Under the pieces are notes generated by a model. That model saw nothing but the letters and a program-made list of their open reading frames with translations, was not told the DNA's origin and searched no databases. A stretch of 63,693 nt of DNA, counting the filler, from Babesia bigemina (lineage: Eukaryota), in the NCBI RefSeq assembly GCF_000981445.1. It is 8 parts of 8 records of this genome, joined end to end, with 100 filler letters (N's around TTAATTAATTAA, not from the genome) between each part and the next. Parts side by side here need not be neighbours in the genome. Positions count along the whole stretch, not along the records: positions 8,148 to 33,904 come from NW_012237364.1; positions 34,005 to 41,463 come from NW_012237365.1; 6 more parts are not named here. One strand, written 5' to 3'. Position numbers and translations under genes: made by a program. Each line of letters begins with the position of its first letter. Position 1 is the stretch's first letter. This document shows, in pieces, positions 22,101 to 34,025 of this stretch.

Positions 22101-22249
22101 ACCTCATCCACATCATGGTCATCCGCCTCGACCTGCTCCACATCAAATCGCATTTGCACAGTCCGTCAAGTCATAGAATTGCTGCTCAATCACTACTTGC
22201 TGCGGGACGTGTTAACAAGCTTAACAGAGTGTTTTATCTGCAGCCTTAA
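16127..22249 (+). CDS. ves1: Complete ves1-family variant erythrocyte surface antigen-like protein (~2040 aa)
   Basis: ATG at 16127. Has the N-terminal KKLTDCPENLRESIDWL motif typical of VESA1-family proteins, GIVYSDLDRLCD, a Cys-rich C-terminal region, a TM helix and the RLDLLHIKSHLHSPSSHRIAAQSLLAA tail. Confidence 0.9.
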   Translation: MRHVPKKLTDCPENLRESIDWLIQVRYGNGEGKGLDELAKALKKLIEEAIENATKSFEKRENELHCNYLPNNNKCCEELKQKIEGAKSDNSKLLKAESDLQKHIDADHSLTDDARKKQLKDIDNSRIQLGHLAGQLGGFVGQSESVKKAVMYAIIAKINSHEELKNVYSSLVTTLSESVKSGVQAGDTKKISELNKLVTAEIQRLNDQLSKPNNLNNNSPSSPSPSADPAKLQSKLEALEKVKELCEFYENLNTKQNDPKKLLDNLCSGLEKFLGFNSDSKGYDGSGIVYSDLDRLCDGVMGFLSGVLGAVKNTQTYNVGKNTLQNLVSNEINNHLCSGHEGFKRLFEKLPKEIEKYNRDVKKQNDDITAKINNLEMQLNTMNDKVSKVLENDAVSGTTKKSVQAVTYSEEHVEYAVINIRQYLRDCQYNADRFNEAFDLEQRLDMQTAVNDLNSKLRNDVLVATKAVKHETQRLEQLAQKEWDDYKYMKRTVRATMESLKLSVNGEVKYQVDELVKKLKEKVTEMKNNLEPIRDNLGEYIGHLTAWKSAGDTAVTKAKSQCDEIVSKLNGRDYQQNSGDKGAVKKAAKALQEKAEELRTKAYDAKQQVEQKVQEALKAVHQMNDDLKQDLSKVREAITGEVDKVKQAIGKLYAGITTGESGEGNENQEIKNIVEYFRTKLKEITGSVGGRENPKTGLMGIIFQVREYAKTFQNRFKASIQSMVQQLVECEGIQERLIKSVKAKLGRGNMIRVDEEVKRIIQQRIISPIEAINASSSNLGTKPNVEANLSDIKEYLCNYGKQIDEHLQRANAFLQSYAKQFEHSQNRPEITGDYFISRVVKTILTALQKAVKGAENEFDQFIIDSKIAQLSIATSAAETLEDNVKKALGIGSGNNTVAVDVDKSINNVNAVARQQLPGNSVSSVDLSQATSSFTRYTKHVDQSKLTALQTTNLNAILDANKLPHAIKGINDQVVAETLKDVVEEKNGGDTQIHNKTFSTLRTAVDSSLDKFTEAVEKLVKKDSVNTTVNAYLLDLEKMLKESDPVKVSADGMTAHSSVKGLEKIIGNFTTLKNNLESGPIALADYFIESYADAEKDQTIRNLIDYVYSQVNIAKDLLTTAARRNYVTSVKSLLTAFADKVEKELAGLPGEIDADLTIGFKGLMGNFYEKFIDKIKPIKEINIKSTPQSMPLSTAAEKVQSGFEEFVGAVMKQTDMFGNVLAKIETSNHNDDQIQDTFPPLLQTVISVSRALEDTFSYLTGSHHFDYEVIKHLQRLQTALNDFTPTKFGDTSSPILQALKEGFFGIVTELQKVYINTYSGQTIKWEEGNPETTFCAKAFLSALEFLNEDLSYLREQCTEKWSPKQIYASSSLGTFLHKCGYGVATLESKQDGELRNKPDCMGSDVRGFLVGEGYTEVYNSKSNIKHALQYIYDYLPDYYDVCHLSTSSSKRPCSVYEMLCWLTGLPHNKAYNELLLHGLSDMFVDPKRQEKEVDGDIEFTVDRTEHVHIDAYPNRLTYENTCNLVDHICAKSHDVLCRILGTGDENTMYAVDYSTNSLKLYYPSSGEECLDMFLNILRRLFPPLKYLQTQCGIAANEFGWAGCRYGKDVHTTKWPCSGHSSSEATCHANCQTTCQPTCQPKSPLMSYLNDCLPGHLPHALTGIGCKAKCSTCPKSTPGMPCITPLGFRCFSGTTREGRDICNVLTKFFGNGDLSTLFSLQPKTPSTLPEHFGFTLSLVAGWVGSDNQKRKTGVEKPFEDAISSVSIGLYDERTKLTDALRDAYGNNQNTHDAAKYHNQAGKNQGTEIKNYDLSSLSMDTLCSRDNHCGPYLASLCRDYYGCLPHKNSETYLSWAVYLPWTFWDFLKNLYDAFCSIACVDWGCRGCLKGDKCRKGSHGSVNDVTKKCNCQCPSIVECKGVASTLYKYGFVFGEASTLNNKDAPKKCSDFCSQLENVIKSKYFKKLFEECDNFLYYIRFPFMTLTLALWLLSLLYLIHIMVIRLDLLHIKSHLHSPSSHRIAAQSLLAAGRVNKLNRVFYLQP

Positions 22250-22374
22250 TCGTACTCACGTGATTACTGTCTACACTCACCTAGCATCACCTACTCACCT
22301 ATACAACTAATTGCTGTCTAATGTTTTAAATCACTCATTAATCGTCGTATGTGATTGCTTAGTTAGCATGTGGG

Positions 22375-22600
22375 TTATGTGCTGACCTAGTGGCTGACCT
22401 ACCACCTGACCAATGCCATGACCAAAGTGCTGACCGAGGTGCTGACCAAAGTGGTGACCAAGGTGCTGACCAAGGTGCTGACCAATGTGTTGACCAATGT
22501 GCTGACCAATGTGCTGACCAATGCCATGACCAAGCACCTGACCTAGTTAAGGTCACGGCAGCGATGACATGGACAAAGCACCTGACCTAAGTGGTGATTT
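22375..22600 (+). repeat. 12-bp TGACC-core repeat with a single 20-bp unit, ves1 3' flank
   Basis: Direct inspection. Confidence 0.8.
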
Positions 22601-22605
22601 ACAAT

Positions 22606-23824
22606 CCACTCTACATCGCCCCTTATCCACTCTACATCGCACCCTTATCCACTCTACATCGCCCCTTAACCCACTCTACATCGCCCCTTTATCCACTCTA
22701 CATCGCTCCCTAACCCACTCTACATCGCCCCTTATCCACTCTACATCGCCCCTTAACCCACTCCACATCGCCCCTTAACCCACTCTACATCGCCGCTTTA
22801 CCCACTCTACATCGTTCCTTAATCCACTCTACATCGCTCCTTAACCCACTCTTCATCGCCCCTTAACCCACTCTACATCGCCCCTTATCCACTACACATC
22901 GCTCCTTAACCCACTCTACATCGCCGCTTTACCCACTCTACATCGTTCCTTAATCCACTCTACATCGCTCCTTAACCCACTCTACATCGCTCCCTAACCC
23001 ACTCTACATCGCCCCTTTACCCACTCTACATCGCTCCTTAGTCCACCCTACATCGCTCCCTTATCCACTCTACATCGCCCCTTTACCCACTCTACATCGC
23101 CCCTTAATCCACTCTACATCGCCCCTTAACCCACCCTACATCGCTCCCTTGTCCACTCTACATCGCTCCTTAACCCACTCTACATCGCTCCTTAACCCAC
23201 TCTACATCGCTCCCTAACTCACTCTACATCGCTCCCTAACCCACTCCACATCGCCCCTTAACCCACTCTACATCGCTCCTTTATCCACTCTACATCGCCC
23301 CTTAACCCACTCCTCATCGCCCCTTTATCCACCTTACATCGCCCCTTTACCCACTCCACATCGCCCCTTAACCCACTCTACATCGCCCCTTAACCCACTC
23401 CACATCGCTCCCTAACCCACTCTACATCGCTCCCTAACCCACTCAACATCGCCCCTTAACCCACTCTACATCGCCCCTTTATCCACTCCACATCGCTCCC
23501 TAACCCACTCTACATCGCCCCTTTATCCACTCCACATCGCTCCCTAACCCACTCTACATCGCTCCCTAACCCACTCAACATCGCCCCTTAACCCACTCTA
23601 CATCGCCCCTTTATCCACTCCACATCGCTCCCTAACCCACTCTACATCGCTCCCTAACCCACTCAACATCGCCCCTTAACCCACTCTACATCGCCCCTTA
23701 ATCCACTCTACATCGCTCTTTTATCCACTCTACATCGCTCCCTAACCCACTCTACATCGCTCTTTTATCCACTCTACATCGCCCCTTAAACCACTCCACA
23801 TCGCCCCTTTATCCACTCTACATC
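22606..23824 (+). repeat. 22-bp C-rich tandem array (~1.2 kb)
   Basis: Direct inspection. Confidence 0.92.
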
Positions 23825-24013
23825 CCTTGAATCACCTCGCCATAATACCGCTATGACCTCTATAAACCATCCTCATAACTTGTGCCTTGTCACCCTTCCC
23901 TTCCCTCCTTCCACCTCTGCCACTGCCAAGTCCCATCATGTTCACCTTAACTCCAAATCTCTCGAATTACCTCGTCTTATTAACGCTATGACCTCTATAA
24001 ACCTATATAATAA

Positions 24014-27000
24014 CTTGTTGATGCCGACCATTCTCTTACTGACGATGCTACTAGAAGAGCCTTGAATGACATTGAGTCCAAGCTCATTAGCCTTGGTCAC
24101 CTGGCTGGGCAACTTGGGAGTTTCATTGGTGAGAGTGAGAGTGTTAAGAAAGCCGTTAAGAATGCTATTATCGCTTGTTTCGACACTAATCCAGACCTTA
24201 AAAATGACCTAAAAGATGATTACTCTTCTCTTGTTACTAACCTTTCTGAGTCTGTCAAGTCTGCTGGCAAGCCTGTTGACACCGAGAAAATTAGGGAGCT
24301 TAGTGAGCAAATTAAGAAAGATATTCAGCTTACTGAAGAGACAATTAAGAAGCTTGAATCACCTAAAATTAACTCTCCTTCTTCCCCCTCTCCCTCTGCT
24401 GACCCAGCCAAATTGCAGTCCAAGTTGGCCGCTTTGAGGAAAGTGGAGAAGCTTTGTGGATTTTTGACTAATCCTAAAAATGCGTCAAATGATCCTAAAA
24501 ACCTCTTAGATAATTTATGTGACGGCCTTCAGACTTTTCTTGGTTACTCTCCAACCTCCAAAGGCTACACTGGCCAGGGGATAGTGTATTCGGACTTGGA
24601 TAGGCTGTGTGACGGGGTGATGGCGTTTTTGAGTGGTGTTCTCAGTGCGGTGAAAGATGAAAATGAAGTGACAACTTATGACATACATCTTGATAAGAGA
24701 CTTGAAAAAGTACTAGAAGAGGTAAATAAAAAAATTGGCTCCGGGCGTGCTGGGCTTGCGGCGTCTGTCGACGCGGTGAAGGGGTGGTTGGAGGGGTATG
24801 AAGGTGAAGTTAGAGAGAAAACAGAGGCATTAAAGCGTAATGTAAAGTTGCTGAACAATAGTATAACTGATACGTACATTGCGAAATTCGATAGTTACCA
24901 TGATAGAAGTCTCGAACAAATTCACGATGTATTTATAAAATGTACGGCTGATCTATTTGGGACCATGTCCGTTCTGAAAAACAATTCGCAAGGCTATATG
25001 TCACTGGACTACGGCTTGAAAACTAAGTTAGAAGTTCCATTAGGAAAAATAGATGAAGCATTAAAGATGTTGAAAAATACCGCTAATGACAGCGATTTGT
25101 TCAGGCAAGCGAAGCGCGTCGATGATCAATTGGTGACACAGAGAGATCATGTTGTGAATTCCATAGAAACGGGGAGTAATGTATTGCTGAGCACATTTGC
25201 CGAGGAATTTAATAGGGTCGTCGGCGTAATAAACAGGTTGAATGATGATAAGAGGACATATTTTCAAGGGATACATGAGACGTTGACGGACGCTGAGAGG
25301 CTGATCCAAAATTTCGACACGACGTATAAGTACAAAATTGTTGAACAATTTGAAAATCTTAAAATTCATTTGGCGAATATAGATGCGGACAGAGGGGATA
25401 AGGGAAACTCGAAACTAAAAAATCATTTTGAAGCTTTGAAGACCGACGTTCAAAAGATTGGCAATGATGTGAGTGTGGAAAATATAAAATTGAATGAGTG
25501 GAAAGATGCTGCTTTGACAGCTGTGCATAAAGCACAGGCAACAATAGGTGAACTAGTTAACGTTCTGAATGGTGAGGAGGTAGGAAAATTGCCGAAGAAG
25601 AAAGCAGCCGTCACAACTGCGGCAGAAGAAATATATCAGCAGAATGAGCACCTTTGGGCTTCAATAATGCAGGCCGGGAGAGCGTTAGAGGAAAAAGTAT
25701 CTGCGGCCCAGGAAAGTCTCAAGACCTTAGATGAAGCAGTTAGCAAAGATTTGATGGAATTAAAGTTCGGTATAAATGAAAGAATGGGATGGTACGTGGA
25801 TAAACTGAAGGAAGCAGCAAATAAAGCAGATCAAGCTGCGAACGGGCCCTCGGCGTCATCTGTCAAACCGGATGACATACTCAACTTACTTGATGGCGAA
25901 CTTAAGAAACTGTATTCCGCCGCCAAAGAAAAATCATTAACGATGAACGGTAAAGACTTAGGGAGTGATGATCTCAATGAAGCCCTGCAGGCTTTCCACG
26001 ATAGCCTAAAACTGACTAACAAAAAAACTAATAAATCTATCACAATAATTGACGCAATCCGGGAAGACCTTCAAAATGCTGTAGCTGCCGCCTTAAAGAA
26101 AGCTCATCAAAAAGTGGATAGTGTTAAACACCTTATGACCCATTATAGAATGCATCTAAACGACAGTGGCGCAATTAAAAGTGCGATAAGAAGTATTCAA
26201 ACCGATGTGAAAAAAGCTCTAGATGAAGCTCCCCAAATTGGCCACCTGTTATATACGTCCAACAATCTTACTAGTAAGTTCGACGCATTCATTCACGCTA
26301 TTCAGCAGCTTGCTCAGAATGGAGCACCACATAGCCAAAATAAAAACAGCGTGTCTCACTACTTGGCAGACTTGGATCAGATGATTGTGACGGCTGATGA
26401 AGAAGGGTATACTTTGACTGCCGACTATTCGAGCGATTTGAATTTATCAATAAAACGGCTTGCAAAAATATACGATAAGCTGAAAGATTTGCAAAAGAAC
26501 ATCGCTGCAGTCACCAAGTCCACCGATGCCGGGGAGATCGACGAGATCATAAGTCACCTTCAGGGTCTTCCTGCTTTAGTTGATAAAGCCACTCTGCAGA
26601 CAAAACAGAACATTTACGATTTGTATAATAACCTCGTAGATAAGATCTCGTTTATGCGTCAATCCTTTGAGCTAGCTGACAACGCCATGACAAATGCCAT
26701 CAGCAGTCTTCAGCAAACTTTCAACTCAGTTCGTGAAAATGCTAAATCTGGTGTCGAAAACTTACGAAATTATCTTATTGATCTTGCCGTAAAATCATTC
26801 TCCACCCTAACCACTGAAGTACGAATGCTGTTTGCCGAGCGGCATAAAGCAGACTTGAAGGCCTTAAAAATCTCAGTTGAATCTCAGATACCTGTAGTCA
26901 TTGAAATCCTGCATTACGACAAACGCAACGGTCTCAAAGGTCTCATGAAACGAATGAATAATCATGAAACCACATTTCAGAAGATGAGTACGCTTTTCCA

Positions 27001-29623
27001 ACAGAGGAGTGTCGATGATTTCAAGCATATGGCATTACAATTTAAGATGCTTGTTGGCTCTTATTTAGAATACACCGAGGAACAAGCCATGACCCCCGGA
27101 AAGAGTCCACAGCCCACCGACCAGTCCGAGAAGGTGAGACATCTCAAGGACGCCGTGGATTCACTTCTTCACTACCTTAAACAAAATGGCCATTTGACTC
27201 GGCAATACATGTTTGACCATCATTTCGATGATTTACTCACCTCCCTCAACTCTCTTGTCACATCCCTCTCTCCCTCCTTCACCTCCCCCTCCCCCCTCCT
27301 CGGCCCCCTCAAGACCGGCCTCTCCAAATTCGCCGAGCAACTCGGCCACGCGTACGTGAACAGGTATAGTGGGAGGAAGATGGGTAAATTGCTTGAAGTT
27401 AAACCTTCATCTGAGAATCAAAAGCCTGCCAAAACACAACTTTCTGACACCTCAACCGATAATTACGATTTAACCCCTGAGGGCCGCAACTGCGCCAAGG
27501 TCTGCCTGACGATAGTGGAGATGGTGAGTGAGGACCTCAAGTATTTGAGGGAGCAATGTGAAACAAAATGGGCGCCAAAGAAAATTTATTCCGGTAGTAG
27601 TTTAGGTTCATTTTTGACAAAATGCGGTTACCGTGTTGCTATTAAGGACACCGACCAGAACGGTGAACTGCAGTGCAAGAGCAGTATGAAGGGCGAGCAA
27701 GTTCATGAGAGACTCATGACGAAGAAATACAGCAGCGATAGTGAAATTAAGCATCTTAAGGAGTGCGAATCGAATAAAGATCAAGAGACAGGGAAGCCTA
27801 AAAAATCCAGTAACTTCCACATCTTCGACCTAATCAATTGCCTTCATCACCACCTGGAGACATACTATTCCATCAATCACATGGCAACCTTTGCATCGAA
27901 AAAACAGCCATGTAGCGTGTATGAAATGCTGTGTTGGATGTCTGGTCTCCCGCATAACAACGTATATTTCGATTTGACAACGGACGGTTTCGATGCTCTT
28001 TTCGATAAGCGTGAGAAGAAAGAGGACGACAGCATTGAGTTCGAATACATCACGGTTGAGGATAAAACTCCCAATTCATTGACCGCGTACCCACTGATGA
28101 TTCGACGTGGTGACATTACCAACGCAATTGTTCATCTAACATCCTACGCTCCCACCGTGCTCACTACTATACTCGGCACTGGAGACGAATTCACCACGTA
28201 TGCTGTTGACTTCCGCACCAACCATCTCAAATTCTCGTATCCATCCCGCGCTGAGGACTGCTTACATACGTTGCTTGACATACTGCGTAGAATATTTCCG
28301 CCGCTCAAGTTCTTGCATAGCCAGTGTGACACTTTGACCTCCGAGCATGGCTGGTACAGGTGCAAGTACGGGAAGGATGTGCAGTCAGCCAAGTTGCCAT
28401 GTACAAAGCACTCAAAGACTGAGACCGAGTGCCAACCTAGGTCACCACTTATGTCGTTCCTTGGGGATTGTCTACCCGGCCACCTACCTCATCAGTTAAC
28501 CAGCGTCGGTTGTAAAGCCGAATGTAAATCATGCCCCAAGGCGACACCCGGGCAGCCATGTCTAACTCCCCTCGGCTTCAGAGGTTTCTCAGGAAGTACG
28601 AAGCTGGGTAAAGAGCTGGGTAACGTGCTGACCAAATTCTTCAGTAACGGCATCGCTACACCCTTACTCTCCTTCGTACCCAAACCGCCCAGCAGCTTGC
28701 CGGAACACTTCGGTTTTGCGTTGTATTTAGTTAAGGGTTGGGGAGAGGGTTCCACAAGAACTGGCAAGAATGGCACACAGGGATACGTTGAAGAGGCCAT
28801 GAAAAGTCAGTCAATTAAGCTTTATTCCGACACAACTCCACTAACCGATGCGCTGAGAACAGCGTATGGTGATGCGCGAGGTAGCCATCAGGACAAGGAT
28901 CATCTTCCTCTGTATGCAGATTTAGCAAGCTTGTCCATGGTTAAATCATGTGTTGATAAAGTAAACCACGTTTACTGCGCCCCCTATCTCTCCTCTGTCT
29001 GCGGAGATTCATATGGTTACTTTGCCAAGAAACACTCCGACCACTACCTCTCCTGGGCCATCTACCTCCCGTGGACATTCTGGGATCTGCTCAACAATCT
29101 CTACAACGCCTTCTGCTCCATCAACTGCCAGGACTGGGGATGCCGTGGATGTCTGAGAGGAGATAAGTGTAAGAAGGGGCAGCATGGTGTTGTTGATAAG
29201 GATAAGCCATCTGCCATCTGTCAATGTCCTTCCATCGTCGACTGCAAAGGCGTCGCACCAACGCTCTACCAGTATGGTTTCGTCTTTGGTGAAGCGTCGA
29301 CGTTGAATGACAAGGATGCGCCGAAGAAGTGCTCCGATTTCTGTAGTCAATTGAAGAATGTTCTAAAATCGAAATATTTCGAGAAACTGTTTGACGAATG
29401 CGACATGTTCTTGTGGAGAATCCGTGAACCCTTCTCCTACCTTGTCCTTTCCCTCTGGCTCCTCTCGTTCCTGTACCTCCTCCACATCATGGTCATCCGC
29501 CTCGATCTCCTCCACATCAAATCGCATCTACATAGTCCCTCGAGTCATCGCATCGCTGCTCAGTCACTACTTGCTGCTGCACGTGTTAACAAACTGGGGA
29601 AAATGTTTTATCTGCAACCATAA
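24014..29623 (+). pseudogene. ves1: 5'-truncated but otherwise open ves1 cassette (~1870 codons)
   Basis: Frame opens after TAA 24011-24013. Homology to the 16127 gene starts at DADHSLTDDA (~aa 105), and the first in-frame ATG is far inside (GVMAF). Intact to ...KMFYLQP*. Confidence 0.8.
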
Positions 29624-29749
29624 TCGTACTCACGTGTTCACTATCTACACTCACCTAGCATCACCTACTCACCTAACTTATGAATTGTAATGTTATCTGT
29701 TGTATCACTTATTAATCGTTGTATGTGATTGTGTAGTACAAAGTTAATG

Positions 29750-30099
29750 TGTTGGCTAAGGTGCTGACCAACGTGTTGACCAAGGTGCTGACCAAAGTGG
29801 TGACCAAGTTGATGGTCACGGCAGCGATGACATGGTCACGGCAGCGATGTCTTGGTCACGGCAGCGATGACATGGTCACGGCAGCGATGTCTTGGTCACG
29901 GCAGCGATGACATGGTTACGGCAGCGATGACATGGTTACGGCAGCGATGGCATGGCTACGGCAGCGATGACATGGTTACGGCAGCGATGACATGGTCACG
30001 GCAGCGAGGACATGGTCACTGCAGCGATGACATGGTTACGGCAGCGAGGACATGGTCACTGCAGCGATGACATGGTTACGGCAGCGATGACATGGTCAC
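29750..30099 (+). repeat. 12-bp TGACC repeat followed by a 20-bp GGTCACGGCAGCGATGACAT array
   Basis: Direct inspection. The 20-bp period is clear at 29813-30099. Confidence 0.88.
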
Positions 30100-30114
30100 A
30101 AGTGGTGATTATTA

Positions 30115-31960
30115 TCCACTCTACATCGCTGCTTATACACTCCACATCGCTCCCTAATCTACTCTACATCGCTCCCTAACCCACTCTACATCGCCCCTTA
30201 ACCCACTCCACATCGCCCCTTACTCCACCTTACATCGCCCCTTTATCCACTCTACATCGCCCCTTTATCCACTCTACATCGCTCCCTTATCCACTCTACA
30301 TCGCCCCTTTACCTACTCTACATCGCCCCTTAACACACTCTACATCGCCCCTTTACCCACTCTACATCGCCCCTTGGTCCACTCCACATCGCCCCTTATC
30401 CACCCTTCATCGCCCCTTTATCCACTCTACATCGCTCCTTTATTACTCTACATCGCCCCTTAACCCACTCAGCATCGCCCCTTTATCCACTCTACATCGC
30501 CCTTTAATCACTCTACATCGCCCCGTAACCCACTCTACATCGCCCCTTAACCCACTCCACATCGCCCCTTAATCCATCCTACATCGCCCCTTATCCACTC
30601 CACATCGCCCTTTAACTCACTCTACATCGCTCCCTAACTCACCCTTCATCGCCCCTTATCCACTCTACATCGCTCCTTAACCCACTCCACATCGCTCCTT
30701 TACCCACTCTACATCGCTCCTTACCCACTCTACATCGCTCCCTAACCCACTCTACATCGCCCCTTATCCACTCTACATCGCTCCTTAACCCACTCCACAT
30801 CGCTCCTTTACCCACTCTACATCGCTCCTTACCCACTCTACATCGCTCCCTAACCCACTCTACATCGCCCCTTAACCTCCTCTAATCGCTCTTCTATCCA
30901 CTCCACATCGCTCCTTTATCCACTCTACATCGCTCCCTTACCCACTCTACATCGCTCCCTAACTCACTCTACATCGCCCCTTAACCCACTCTACATCGCT
31001 CCTTTATCCACTCTACATCGCTCCTTAACCCACCCTACATCGCCCCTTAACCCACTCTACATCGCCCCTTTACCCACTCTACATCGCTCCTTTACCCACT
31101 CTACATCGCCCCTTATCCACTCTACATCGCTCCCTAATCCACTCCACATCGCTCCTCTACCCACTCCACATCGCTCCTCTACCCACTCTACATCGCCCCT
31201 TTATCCACTCCACATCGCTCCTTTATCCACTCTACATCGCCCCTTGATCCACTCTACATCGCTCCCTAACCCACTCTACATCGCTCCCTAACCCACTCTA
31301 CATCGCCCCTTAATCCACTCTACATCGCCCCTTAACCCACTCTACATCGCCCCTTATCCACTCTACATCGCTCCCTAACCCACTCTACGTCGCTCCTTTA
31401 CCTACTTTACATCGCTCCCTAACCCACTCTACATCGCCCCTTTACCCACTCTACATCGCCCCTTTATCCACTCTCCATCGCCCCTCTATCCACTCCACAT
31501 CGCTCCCTAACCCACTCCACATCGCTCCTTAACCCACTCTACATCGCCCCTTTATCCACTCTACATCGCCCCTTAACCTTCTCTACATCGCCCCTTTATC
31601 CACTCTACATCGCCCCTTAACCTTCTCTACATCGCTCCCTAACCCACTCTACATCGTTCCTTTATCCACTCCACATCGCTCCTTTACCCACCCTACATCG
31701 CCCCTTATCCACTCTACATCGCTCCCTTACCCACTCCACATCGCCCCTTATCCACTCTACATCGCTCCCTTACCCACTCCACATCGCCCCTTTACCCACT
31801 CTACATCGCCCCTTTACCCACTCTACATCGCTCCTCTACCCACTCTACATCGCCCCTTTACCCACTCCACATCGCCCCTTTATCCACTCTCCATCGCCCC
31901 TTTATCCACTCTACATCGCTCCCTAACCCACTCTACATCGCCCCTTGATCCACTCTACAT
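30115..31960 (+). repeat. 22-bp C-rich tandem array (~1.85 kb)
   Basis: Direct inspection. Confidence 0.92.
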
Positions 31961-32049
31961 CCCTCGAATCACCTCGTCATATTACCGCTATGACCTCCTT
32001 AAACCATACCAATAACTTCTGCCTTGCCACCCTTCCCTCACCTTCTGAC

Positions 32050-33904
32050 TGAGTCCATCGACTGGTTGATCCAGGTTAGGTATGGGAATGGTCAAGGTGA
32101 TGAAGGGCTTACCAAGTTGTCTCAAGCTTTGAAAAAGTTGATTGAGGAGGCTATTGAGAAGGCTGAAAAGTCCCTCCAAGCCGAAAAAGATAAACTTGAA
32201 TGCCCTGTTAAGTATAAGGGAAATGAGTCCACTTGCCAGTTCTACCAGAAGAAAATTGATGAACTTAAAAAATCTGAAAAATCTGTTAACTCTGAAAATA
32301 ATCGTAATTTAGACCTATATAAACAAATTGTATCTGACTGCAAAAATTCCCACTCCCGTAATCAGGACTCTGCTACTAAGAAAGCTTTGAATGACATTGA
32401 AGAGCGTGAGAAACAACTTGAAGATCTTACTAATAAGCTTAAGAAATTCACTGAATCACTTGCTAAAACTAATAATGAAAATATCCTTGTTAATTTATGT
32501 GACGGTCTTGAGACCTTTCTTGGTTACGATAAGACTTCCAAAGGCTACACTGGCCAGGGCATTGTGTACTCTGACCTTGATAGGCTTGGTGACGGGGTGA
32601 TGGGATTTTTGTCTAGTATAATCACTGAAGTAAAAGAAAATCCAAACTTATCATCTTACAAAACAACATTAAATGAAGCAGTAAATGAATTAAACAAAAA
32701 TCTTAATAAAGGCAAAAAAGGTTTGGAGGCTGTGATTGGCCCGGTCAAGGAGGGAATTAAGGGGTGGTTGGGGGAGGTGGAAAAGAAAAATAATGATGTA
32801 ACGAAATATATCGATGTTTTAAAAAATGACACGACTAATGCTGCAACCGGTATCGAAAAATGGAAAAATCAAGATTTTGATGAAGCCTCCAAAAAACATG
32901 GTGAGTTGCACAATTGGATCAAATCCATCAAAGAATTATCCAACCAACCGTATTATGCCATTCATGCGGTCGAATACGTCGATGAAAAACTCAGAAACAA
33001 TTTACTTCCGCATATCAATTTACTGAATAACGCTATTGACACTTTCAAGCAGAATACGGTTGAGGATTACGATGGACTTCGCACGGTGTGCGAAAAGGTG
33101 GCTGCAAAAAGCAATGAAATTATTGATCAAGCAAACTTAGTCACGAAGACGGCAGAGAAGAAAATTGAATTGATGACTAGTCAGCTGGATAATACGATCA
33201 CTGCACTTGATGAGCATGTTCAGAAAGCTGTGGAAGGTCTAGAAAACGCTACTCACGAACTAAACAAATGGTCTGAAAATCAAACGGATTCTTCTCTTCA
33301 TAAAGCTCTTAAGCAATGTGCCGAAGTTGTCAAGGAGCTCGATTATAAGGAAAACAAGAATACGTTTTATATTCAACTTGCTGCCATTGACGCTGCGAAA
33401 GACGTTGTTGCTGAGGTGCAGGGAACATTGAGCAGCGTTAACAACCGCCTGATGATTTGGATCACAAAGGCGGCATTTTTGGTCAGCCAGTCCTTGCGTT
33501 TTGTTGCTACGATTCTGGATGAATTGAATGGAGAGGACGGTTCACATAATTACGTCAAACAGATTAAGGACGCTGCGGGAAAACTATATAAGGATGCATT
33601 GAAGTTGAACGGTGCTATGCGTGCGGCGCATAAACATATCAGTGAAAAGGTCCGTGCAGCTTTGGAGGCATTTGGTGAAGTGGATAAGGCTGTCAGAAAG
33701 GATTTAGCGCAGTTTAGGGATCTTATTAAAGCTGAGGTTGGAGTATATTTCGCTCAATTAGGAGCCGTGGAATATGGTGTGGTTAAGCAGAGCGGTGATG
33801 TAAGTCAGCTGGATCAAAAAGTTGGAGCAAAGTTCAGAGAATGGCTTCGACAAGCATCATCAACCCTCACAGTCATTACTCATACGAAAATCCAAACTGA
33901 TCTG
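32050..33904 (+). pseudogene. ves1: Start-less ves1 cassette beginning at the 43-bp junction element (truncated by contig end)
   Basis: Open frame ESIDWLIQVRYGNG...GIVYSDLDRL. The upstream ATG at 31990 is out of frame and stops at the junction. Confidence 0.8.
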
Positions 33905-34004
33905 NNNNNNNNNNNNNNNNNNNNNNNNNNNNNNNNNNNNNNNNNNNNTTAATTAATTAANNNNNNNNNNNNNNNNNNNNNNNNNNNNNNNNNNNNNNNN
34001 NNNN
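33905..34004. other. Artificial contig linker
   Basis: 44N-TTAATTAATTAA-44N. Confidence 0.97.
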
Positions 34005-34025
34005 CAGGCATCGCTGGTTACACAA

